DNA of 13,917 bases, taken from NCBI GenBank assembly GCA_000388065.2, contig KB932203.1, one strand, 5' to 3'. Origin of the DNA: Fonticula alba ATCC 38817 (Eukaryota > Protista > Nucleariida). Numbering within the stretch: position 1 is the first letter of the stretch; the number at the start of each line of letters is the position of its first letter. Below the pieces are notes generated by a model, which saw only the letters and a program-made list of their open reading frames with translations, searched no databases and was not told the DNA's origin. This document shows positions 1-8,857 of the stretch, piece by piece. A program made the translations under genes and the position numbers.

Positions 1-39
1 CCCCCCCCCCCCCCCTCGGTACAGGCACAGCCGCCTCAC

Positions 40-2041
40 TCAGAAGGCCCAGTCGAAGGACTGGTTGAGACCGGTGCCCGGGGCCGAGGCCGCGGAGGGA
101 GCGGCGGCAGGCGCACGCCCGGCCGGGGCCGGACTGGCGCTCATGCTGGCGCCACCCAGGTTCCCGTAGTAGCTGCCGCCCATCGGCGACATGGCACCCA
201 TGGCCGGGGCCGGGGCCGAAGAGGCCATCTGGTTCATGGGGGTGTGCTTGGCGGCATTGCCGGCATTGCCGCCGGCCCCGCTGGCGCTCGGGCTGCGCAG
301 GTTGTCCAAGTTCACCAGGCGCGAGTCCACCCAGTCAGGGCTGCGGACCGCCGCGCCGGGTCCCGACGAGGCGGTCGACCCGGAGGACGACGCCGTCGAC
401 GAGGGGGCCACATGCGCGGCCGGGGTCACCGGCAGGGCGGCCAGGCTGCTGCCGGCCGCCGCGGGCCCGCCCGCCGGCTGCTCAAAGCTGAAGTCCGAGA
501 ACAGATCCAGCACATTGGTCTGGGGCTTGGCCGGGCCCGGGGCGACCCGAGCCGGCGTGGTCGGCGCCGCAGGGGTCGAGAAGTCGCCAAAGTCGCCAAA
601 GGCACCGAAGCCGCTGCTGCTACCGGTGTTGCTGGTCGGCGCGGCGGCCGGGGCCGACGCCGGCGCGCTGAACGAGTCGAAGCCCAGCAGATCGGCCGTG
701 GCGGCGGCCGGAGCCGGAGCCGGAGCCGCAACCGGGGCCGGGGCCGGAGCCGACGTCGGAGCGCCAAAGTCGCCTGACAGGGGAAACCCCACCGAAAGCA
801 GGGAGGAATGCCGGATGAGTAAATGAAAAGGAGACCCACGCCGGAAGGCAGGGCGGTGGCTCCTCTGGCTGTCACCGCCACCGCCGCTGTAGAGGAGGAG
901 CCCCCGGGGGGCGCATACGCACCGAAGCCGTCGCCGCTCGGGGCACCGAAGTCCCCGAAGTCCCCGAAGCCGTCATTGGCCGGGGCGCCGCCCGCGCCAG
1001 CGGCGGCCGGGCGCATCTTGATCTGCACGGCCGGGGTGAAGGCCACCGGGGCCGGGGAAGTCTCGGTGGCCGCCACCGAAGCCGGGGGAGTGTACGCGCC
1101 GCCGGTGAAGGCCGACGAGGAGGGGGCCACCATCATCGGGCGAACGGGCTCCGCGCTGGAAGCCACCGGAGCCGCCGGCTGAGGGGCATACCCCCCGGCC
1201 GAGGACGACCCGAAGGAGCTGAACGAGTCGTTGCCATAGCTGTCGCCACCGGCCGACCGGTAGGAAGACCCGCCGCCGGAGCTGCCGAAGCCCCCATACT
1301 GGCCGCCCTCGTTGGAGCTCAGGCCCTTGTACTTGTCGCGGTTCTGCCGGGCAGTCAGCCGCCCCTGCACGATGGCGTCCTTGTTCTGCAGCAGGTCGTG
1401 GATCTGCTTGGCCCGAGTGCGCACATTGATCGACACATCGCGGCCCTTCTCGTCAACAGCATCGCTGAAGTGCTGCAGCGACAGGATCTCGTACTGGCGC
1501 TCGCGCGCGACGTCCACCACCCGGCTGGAGCCGTTGTAGATGAGGAACTCAATCAGCAGCAGGGCCTTGTAGACCACGCGCCACTTGTCCACCTCCAGAA
1601 GCTGGCCAGGGGGAGGGGGAGGGGGAGGGGGAGCGGGGAGGAGGGCAGGTGCCCAGGCGTGCACGCCGGGGAAAGTCAGAGGACGCAGGCCGGGAGGAGG
1701 GGCGACACCGGGCGCGCGAGGCGGTGGCACGTACCCGGCCGAAAGCCGCGTCCATGATCTGGGGGAAGTCCGCATAGTTGTGGGTCGCCTGGGCAATCTC
1801 ATGGTTGAGCTTGGAGCCAGGACAGGGAGGCGGGCGGACGGCGGGCGGTTAGTCCGCCGAGGCGAGGCGGGCGGGCATGGGAAGCAATGGGCGGGCGGGC
1901 GGGCGGGCGCACAGTGCTGGACGAGCCCCAGGCCTCGTTGCTGGTCGCCTCGCGGACCTTGGCCACGATCGGCGGGTAGTTCATGACAAAGTTCTCGGCC
2001 GCCTGCATCAGCTTCTTGCCGCTCAGCAGAAGGTTGGACAT
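40..2041 (-). CDS. CLINT1: ENTH-domain epsin-related clathrin adaptor (epsinR/CLINT1/Ent3 class), 4 exons, about 538 aa
   Basis: Inferred exons (minus): 1913-2041, 1735-1809, 923-1601, 40-773; total 1617 nt, frame-consistent, TGA at 40-42. Spliced N-terminus MSNLLLSGKKLMQAAENFVMNYPPIVAKVREATSNEAWGSSSTLNHEIAQATHNYADFPQIMDAAFGRLLEVDKWRVVYKALLLIEFLIYNGSSRV...DEKGRDVSINVRTRAKQI...RDKYKGLSS is a recognisable ENTH domain. The tail has FGDF repeats, DLLGF, LVNLDNL and a Met-rich patch, with no NPF or UIM seen. Donors gtgcgc/gtacgt/gtgcgt; acceptors aag/cag/cag. Confidence 0.92.
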
Positions 2042-2357
2042 GGTGCACGGGACTCCAGGGAGTGGAGAAGGAGGGGGGCTGTCTACCGCGAGGGAGCGTG
2101 AGACAACACAAAACAAACCACGCTACATCGCAGGGTACGGAGGGGGCGGGAGAGAGAGAGAGAGGGAGGGAGGGAGCACGGTCAGCGGGCTGGCGGGGCG
2201 GAGCTGATCAAGCGGCGACGGGGCGCGTCGGGGGGTGGGCGACACAAGGACCTACGAAAGCTGGGTGGGGGAACGGTCCGGGCAGGGGGCGTTTGCGGAC
2301 ACGAGCACGAGGGGCGAGAGAGAGAGAGAGAGGGGGGGGGGAGATGCGGGCGGGGGT

Positions 2358-2379
2358 GGAGGAGGAGGAGGAGGAGGAG
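2358..2379. repeat. (GGA)n trinucleotide microsatellite
   Basis: ggaggagga... seen directly upstream of the epsin ATG. Confidence 0.9.
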
Positions 2380-2777
2380 CGCGAGGGCGGGTGCTGGATG
2401 CCAGGTCCCGGACCGGTTGCGGTGGTTGCCCAACAGAAGGGAAGCCGGGGCGCGAGGGCGGAGCGCGGACCTTGGCCGCCGGGGGGGGGGGGGCAAACTC
2501 AGAGTCCCCGCCCGGGGCGTTGTTCTCTTGTGCTCCTTGGTTAAGCGAAAGAGGCCGAGCGAACGTGAAACCGCGAGACGCCCACAATGAGAGCCGGGGG
2601 GCGCCGCGCCAAGGGGGGGGGAACAGGCTGGCGGTCGCGTTGCAGGCACGACGGCCGGGCAGCGCAATGGCTTGCGCCGTGGGGTGTCGGCGCTTCTGCG
2701 GCGCGCGCGCGCGCGCGAACAGCAGCCCCACAGGCCGATGACTGCAGGCGCCCCGCCCCCCCCCCCCCCCCCCCCCC

Positions 2778-2897
2778 NNNNNNNNNNNNNNNNNNNNNNN
2801 NNNNNNNNNNNNNNNNNNNNNNNNNNNNNNNNNNNNNNNNNNNNNNNNNNNNNNNNNNNNNNNNNNNNNNNNNNNNNNNNNNNNNNNNNNNNNNNNN
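2778..2897. other. Assembly gap (120 N), preceded by a poly-C run
   Basis: N run seen directly in the epsin/RRP7 intergenic region. Confidence 0.99.
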
Positions 2898-3503
2898 GGC
2901 ACCCGGGCGAAGGATCGCACAACACGCGCTCGCCCGGGGACGAGGCTCCGGCACGGGGCAGGCCCGAGGGGGGGCGGCGGGGGCCAGAGACGGGCGCGAG
3001 CGGGGATGCCCGGTCCGCGGGCGGCGCGCCGACCGGCCGCCGGCCACGCCCTGGCGCTGCCCCGCCCAGGTCCCCGCACCGGACGCCGAGCCTTGGCTCC
3101 GCGCAGGGCCGAATAGGGGGGGGGGGGGAGCGGCGGGGAGCGGGGCGGGGATCGCCCAAAGGCCGGGGCGACTTCCGAAGATCCCCTCCCCTCGATCGGC
3201 CCGGCCCCTGTTCCCCCGGGCCTACACGTCCCAGGGTGTGGACTCCGCCTGCCCCCCCCCCCGCTAGCCAGCCACTCGGCCGTCGGACGAGCGGGGAGAA
3301 CGCCGCATACACGGGCGGCCGGACACCTTCCCCAAACTGGCGGCGAAGCGACGCGCTTCTGGTCAGGCAGAACCCGCAGGCCCAGCGTTGGCTGTCCGCG
3401 CGGGAGCACCTGCCGATTCGGCAAATGCCATTCATCTACCGGGGCTCCCTGGCGCTCGCCCTTTGGCCATGCGCGTCGCCCTTGCCCTGTCCTGCCCTCG
3501 TCC

Positions 3504-3505
<2 letters not shown>

Positions 3506-3560
<55 letters not shown>
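3506..3560. repeat. (GA)n microsatellite
   Basis: Perfect dinucleotide run. Confidence 0.97.
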
Positions 3561-3565
<5 letters not shown>

Positions 3566-3609
3566 ACCCGGGGGGCTGCGAGCGCGCTCCAGACAACCCG
3601 TGCACGCGT

Positions 3610-3610
<1 letters not shown>

Positions 3611-3657
<47 letters not shown>
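3611..3657. repeat. (CA)n microsatellite
   Basis: Perfect dinucleotide run. Confidence 0.97.
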
Positions 3658-3659
<2 letters not shown>

Positions 3660-4004
3660 GCCGCCAGCCACGGAGGCGGGATCACACCGCGCGTCGGGGA
3701 GGAGATCGGCCCCGGGTGGCGCGCGGACCTCAGCGCTGGCCCGGCGGCTGGGCCTCGCCCCTCCTCCCCCCGGTCCAGGCTCGGCATCCAGACAAGGGGG
3801 CCCGCCTCGATGACCCGGGCCCGGCGGCCTGCAATGCCACCAGCCCTCGCCCACGACCCCCCCCCCTGCCCTTCCCTGCCTCTCTCTCTCTCTCTCTCTC
3901 CCTCTCTCTCCCGCTGCCCCTGCTCGCCTCCTCTTCGCCTCGCGCCGCCCCGCCCCGCTTCGCCTCGCCCAGCATCCCGCCATCTCGCGCGTGCGTCCGG
4001 CCAT

Positions 4005-5713
4005 ATGTCCGCCTCCAAGTCGAAGACCGCCTCCAAGGTGTCCAAGCGCTCGAAAAAGGCCGGCGCTGCGGCCCCGGTGGCCGCCGCTGCCGCCGCCGCC
4101 GCCGCCGCCGCCAGTGATGCCGGCGTCCTGCGCAAGTTCGCCGGCTACTCGGTCCTCCCGGTGACGGTCACCGCCCCGGAGGCCGGGGTCCCGGCCTACC
4201 CGCACACCCTTTTCATTCGCAAGCACACCTCCCAAACCCACGGCCAGGTGGACGTGCGTGCCCCCCCCCCCTCCCCCCTCCCCCTCGCTGGCGCCTGGCC
4301 ATGCTCATCCTGTCCCGGCCCGCTGACGCTGACCTGCTGCCTCCCGCTGGCGCCCCCTGGCGCTTGGGGCTGCCCCCCCCCCTCCCCCCCTCCTCTCACC
4401 CCCGCGCACGCGCGCGCGCGCGCGCGCGAGCAGTCCCCCGAAGGGAGCGTCCTCTTCGTGACCAACATCCCGCCGGTGTGCTCGCGCGCCGCCCTCGCGG
4501 CCCTCTTCACGGACAGTGCCTCGTCCGTGATCGGGGTCACCTTCGGCGTGCTGACCGAGGCCGTGCGCGACAGCGAGGAGGTCCTCGGGCACCACTCGGT
4601 GGCCCACGCGGACTTCCACGTCTTCCCGCCGCGCGTGTGCCTGGCTTCGCATGCGCTGAAGGTGGATTTGACCCCGGATGAGAAGGCCCCCGGGCCGGAC
4701 TCGCTGGTGGCCCTGCGCCACCCGCGCGGGACATGCGCCTACGTGGCCTTCGCCTCGGCGGCCGACGTGGACCGGGTCCTCGCCTGGTCGGCGGCCACCC
4801 CGCGCGAGCTCCACCTCCTGGGCGACATTTCGGCCGTGAACCGTACGTGTCCCCGCACGGTGTCCCCCCCCCCGCCGGTTGTGGGGGGGATCCTGCTTTA
4901 GATGACCGGCGGGTCCCCGAATCCGCATGCCTCCGGTGTCGGCTCCTGTGCTCCGCCCCGCCTGACACCCTCTCTCTCTCTCTCCCTCTCCCCTTCCCCT
5001 CCTTCCGCCTTTCTCTGGCCCAGGCTACAAGCAGACCTACGCGGCCTTCCGCCCGGCCGAGGCTGCCCTCAGTGCCCGCGTGGACAAGCTGCTCATGAGC
5101 CTCGACAGCATCATGGAGGCCCGGGCCCAGGCCGAGCGTATCCTTGCCTCGCAGCCGGACGACGATGGCTTCGTCCTGGTCACCTCCGGCTCCGGCAATG
5201 CCGCCAAGAAGTCCAGCCGGCCCATGGTGTCCACCTATTCGCATCAGGCCGAGCTGGTCGCCGACAAGGGGTCCGTTTGCCGGGCCAGCAGGAGGGAGCC
5301 GATGTGCCCCCTCTCCCCCTGGTTTCCTCCCTTCCCTTCTCTCCCTCCCGCCTGCGAGCCAGCAGCCTGGGCCTAACATGTGTGCCTCCCTTCCATCGCA
5401 ATCACAACACACCACACACACACGCAGTCCCAAGCCCAAGAAGGAGCTCGTCAATTTCTATCGCTTCCAGCAGCGCCAGGCCAAGCGTGACCGTACGTGC
5501 CTTCCCTGTCTCTCTCTCTCTCTCTCTTTCTCTTTTGCGCCCCATCTGGTTCACTCACCCAAGCCGCCCCCCATGCGCCCCCGCCCTCCCCTTTTCTTCT
5601 CATCGCGCGCGCGCAACACGTGCACAGAGCTGGCCGACCTCCGCCGGAAGTTCGAGGAGGATAAGCAGAAGATCGAGCGCATGAAGGCCTCCCGCCAGTT
5701 CCGCCCCTTCTAA
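4005..5713 (+). CDS. RRP7: Ribosomal RNA-processing protein 7 (RRP7/RRP7A), 5 exons, about 351 aa
   Basis: Inferred exons: 4005-4253, 4434-4842, 5024-5270, 5428-5492, 5628-5713; total 1056 nt, TAA at 5711-5713. RRM-like HTLFIRKH...VLFVTNIPP...AYVAFAS, then the RRP7 hallmarks PDDDGFVLVT, KELVNFYRFQ and LRRKFEEDKQKIERMKASRQFRPF*. Basic N-terminus (SKSKTASKVSKRSKK). Donors gtgcgt/gtacgt/gtccgt/gtacgt; all acceptors cag. Confidence 0.95.
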
Positions 5714-5998
5714 GGGCAGTCCTTTCCCCCGCTCACACACGCACATGTATGATTCACATACATACGCGCGCGCATACACACACCCACACACACCCACACC
5801 CACACACACACACCTTACCTCCCCTCAGATAGAAGCACGCCGCGCTCGCGCTCGCGCTCGGCCGTGCCCGTGTACATTATCCCCCAATACCCCCCTCGCC
5901 ACGGCCGCGCCGCAGAGCCATCCTCTTGAGAGAATACACCACTTCCAAAGGGACGACGACGCACGCGCATACGCATACACACGCGTGCACATGCACAG

Positions 5999-6003
<5 letters not shown>

Positions 6004-6052
<49 letters not shown>
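6004..6052. repeat. (CA)n microsatellite between the convergent RRP7 and AMSH 3' ends
   Basis: Perfect dinucleotide run. Confidence 0.97.
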
Positions 6053-6053
<1 letters not shown>

Positions 6054-6130
6054 AAAGACACACCCCCATCTGTGGGGACTATTACTACATGTACAAGGGG
6101 GGGGGGCCAAAGAGAAGGGCCCGGGAAACT

Positions 6131-8473
6131 CTAATGGCGGAGGTCCTTCACGACAACACGATCGCCACCATGGGCGGTGTCAGCCAGCACCTGACGGAAG
6201 AGCTCGGACGGCGGCGACGTGTGATGATGGAACTCGCTGGGGGACACGCGGCAGGCGCCAACCTCGGCCATGCCCTTGGGCGTGAGTTGGAACACACCCC
6301 ACCGCTGGCCCGATGGGCAGGTCGGTGCAAAGACAATGGCAATCGCCTGCGGGAAGGACACCTGGTACGAGAAGTGCATGTGGAGATCGATCGAGCTCAG
6401 CATCAGCGGCTGGCTAGGGTGCGACTATGAAGATCGAACCGCCAGGGAGAGAAGCGGCGAGAGCAAGCGAGCGGGCGTGCGCGTGCGCGTGCGCGTGTGC
6501 GTGTGCGTGTGCGTGTGCGCAGTTAGGCCTACCGGTGTTAGTATATCAGCCGCAAAAGCCAAAGGAGAAGGGGGGGGGGGGGGNNNNNNNNNNNNNNNNN
6601 NNNNNNNNNNNNNNNNNNNNNNNNNNNNNNNNNNNNNNNNNNNNNNNNNNNNNNNNNNNNNNNNNNNNNNNNNNNNNNNNNNNNNNNNNNNNNGGGGGGG
6701 GGGGGGGAAGAGGGGCGGCCGTAAGATCCAACCAAGTGCAGGTGCGGAAGAGAGACCGAGAGAGAGAGAGGAAGGGAGAGGGACAGGCAGGGGCGGCAGA
6801 CAGGCGCATGTTCACTTGCGCGGCGCACATGGATCCACCCGCAGACAACCAGATCCTGCGAGGAGACATATTCAAACAGGGACAGCTCGTTCAGCGTCAC
6901 ACACTGGTCCTGGGTGCCCTCCTGCTCGGGGAAGATCATGTGCGTCACCCGGAGAGGGGGGCCACCATGGTTGGACCCTGGAGCCGGCAGCGCCGACGCC
7001 GGGAGCGCCAGCACCGCACAGGACTCGATGCCGGCCGACAGCTGCGCCTGAGAGAACGCCTCAAACTGCCGGATCAGGTCCTCCGGCAGGGTGACCGCCA
7101 CCGGGCCATCGGCCGGAGGGGGTGCCGTGGCGTAGGATGCGGCCGCCACTGCTGCCACCCCGGCCCCGGCCCCGGTCCCGGACCCCGGGGAGTGGGAATG
7201 GGTGTGCCCGTGCGCCGGGTCCACTGCCAGCCCGGCAGCCCCGGCGCCCGGCGGCAGCGGCGGCGTGGTCGCCTCGTGGAAGGACGCACCATTGCTGTTG
7301 CCCGGGGCCGACCCCCCTCCGGGGGACCCGCCACCGGTGTTCATCCCGGAGAACTCCGAACGCAGGGCCTCCAGCTCGTCGGGGTAGGCCGCGGCGCTGG
7401 CCGTGCCGGCGGCACCGGCGGCACCGGTGGCACCGGCAGCACCGGCGGTGCCGGCACCGGCGGCACCTGTCCCGGCAAACTCCCTCCGGAGGAGCTCCAG
7501 CTCGTCCGGCTCGTCAGCAGAGCCGACCGCGCCGGCGCCCCGGTTGCCGTCGGCTGGCCCGCCGTGGATGCTGTCCTTCAAGTTGCTGAGCGACTGCTTC
7601 GAGGCCTCCTGGGCCTCGCGCTCCTCCTTGGCCTTGGCCTCGGCTTGCTGGCGCTGGCGCTCGCGCACCTTATCCACAAACTCGATGACCTTGTTCTGCA
7701 GGCCGAATGGGGGTGGGGGGAGGAGGGTGGGCCGGTGTGTATGCACAATGCATGGCCGGACGTGGGCGTGTGTGTGAGAGAGAGAGAGAGAGAGAAGGGG
7801 AGAGGGAGAAACAAAGAAGCAAGGAGACGACGCTTGCACGGGCCAATGGAGGCTGGAGAGGCAGCGATGCCGAGGGGCATGGCAAGGCAGCATGACGCAC
7901 CCCAAGCTCCTCGAGGTAGCTGGACAGGAAGTCCGCTTGCTGCGGCACGGCAGATCGCACGGGAGGGAAGAGGCCAAGACACGGTTAGGCACGAGTGGAG
8001 GAAGGACGGGCAGCATGCGGCGCCGCGGAGACGCACCCGGCGCTGGGCCAGTAGACGGTTGACATGCTCATGTGGGAGGGTCATCTTACGGGCCAGGATG
8101 ACAAGGCTATCCGCCCCCCGGGCGGTAGGCCACAAGCCGGGGAAGGGGGGAGGAGGACACCAGAGTCAGCGAAAAACACCGGGCAGAGAAGGGCACCGCC
8201 GAGAAACAGGGGGAAAGGGGGGCGGGGGAGAGAGAGAGAGAGAGAGAGAGAAAGAGGGGCGAGCAAACACCAGGGGAGGGCGCACGTCAGATGGCGGATG
8301 ATCAGCACATAACCCTCCGAGTAGAGGGCCGGGGACTTCATGCAGATGTCAATGCGCCGGCCCATGGTCTCGATCGTGTCCAGCAGGCGGTCCGGCTTCA
8401 TCTGCGACACGCGGTTCAGCTCCTCATTGGATAGCCGCCCGCGCCGGTTGAGATCCTGGATGATGGGGTGCAT
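6131..8473 (-). CDS. STAMBP: AMSH/STAMBP-like JAMM/MPN+ K63 deubiquitinase, 5 exons, about 485 aa
   Basis: Inferred exons (minus): 8286-8473, 8037-8106, 7901-7939, 6829-7695, 6131-6424; total 1458 nt. MPN domain: GIESCAVL (catalytic Glu), THMIFPEQEGTQDQC, NELSLFEY...VCGWIH|SHPSQPLMLSSID (H-x-H-x7-S-x2-D), LHMHFSYQ, AIAIV, CRVSPSEFHHH (second Zn site), and VVVKDLRH*. The C-terminal domain is secure. The three small N-terminal exons rest on splice signals and frame continuity, so they are less certain. Confidence 0.9.
6476..6519. repeat. (GTGCGC/GTGTGC)n hexamer repeat in AMSH intron 4
   Basis: gcgtgcgcgtgcgcgtgcgcgtgtgcgtgtgcgtgtgc seen directly; alternating purine-pyrimidine. Confidence 0.85.
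6584..6693. other. Assembly gap (110 N) flanked by poly-G, inside AMSH intron 4
   Basis: N run seen directly, with G homopolymers on both sides. Confidence 0.99.
7403..7467 (-). repeat. Coding 9-nt tandem repeat (ccggcggca-like) encoding the Gly/Ala/Thr linker of AMSH
   Basis: The + strand reads ccggcggcaccggcggcaccggtggcaccggcagcacc...; the - strand translates as GAAGAGTAGAAGATGAAGAAG. Confidence 0.8.
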
Positions 8474-8849
8474 GTGTGTGTAAAGGGGGGGGGGAGGGGG
8501 AAAGAAAAAGGGAGAGAGACAGGGAGAAATACGAGCAGCAGGGGAGATGCAGGCTCAAGATCGGGGAGGGGATGCCGGGTGCCGGGGCTCGGCGGGCGCA
8601 GGATCGCGGACGCGCAAAAATGCCGCCCCCGCGCGCGTGTGTGCGTGTGTAGCGCGGCGCTCCCGGCACGCCTTGTCGGCCCCCTCCGGGACAGGGCGCC
8701 TGTTCCCCACAATGGTCAGTCAGAGGGCGCGCCTGCCAGCGAAGAAGCCGGTCGCCGGCGGGGCCTCGCCCAAAAGGGAAACCGGGCGCCACCCGAGGCC
8801 ACCCGAGGCCACGACGGGCGCAGCCGGGCAAGTATGTATGTCTGGGGCA

Positions 8850-8857
8850 TATAAAAA
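8850..8857 (+). promoter_or_regulatory. TATA-box-like TATAAAAA
   Basis: gcaTATAAAAAAcc matches TATAWAWR in a very GC-rich background; function not demonstrated. Confidence 0.3.

Noticed and set aside
2535-2565. CTCGGCCTCTTTCGCTTAA on the - strand, resembling the U2 snRNA 5' end
   Set aside because: Lacks the invariant GUAGUA branch-recognition sequence and a downstream Sm site.
5599-5606. CTCATCGC (reverse complement of the yeast PAC element GCGATGAG) inside the ribosome-biogenesis gene RRP7
   Set aside because: It lies in intron 4 rather than the promoter, and one such GC-rich 8-mer is plausible by chance in 14 kb.
6432-6441. tRNA T-loop/B-box-like GGTTCGATC on the - strand
   Set aside because: No acceptor stem, D-arm or anticodon arm; it is part of the AMSH intron-4 acceptor region.
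8781-8812. 10-bp tandem repeat (GCCACCCGAG, about 2-3 copies)
   Set aside because: A local slippage duplication with no unique spacers, so not CRISPR-like.
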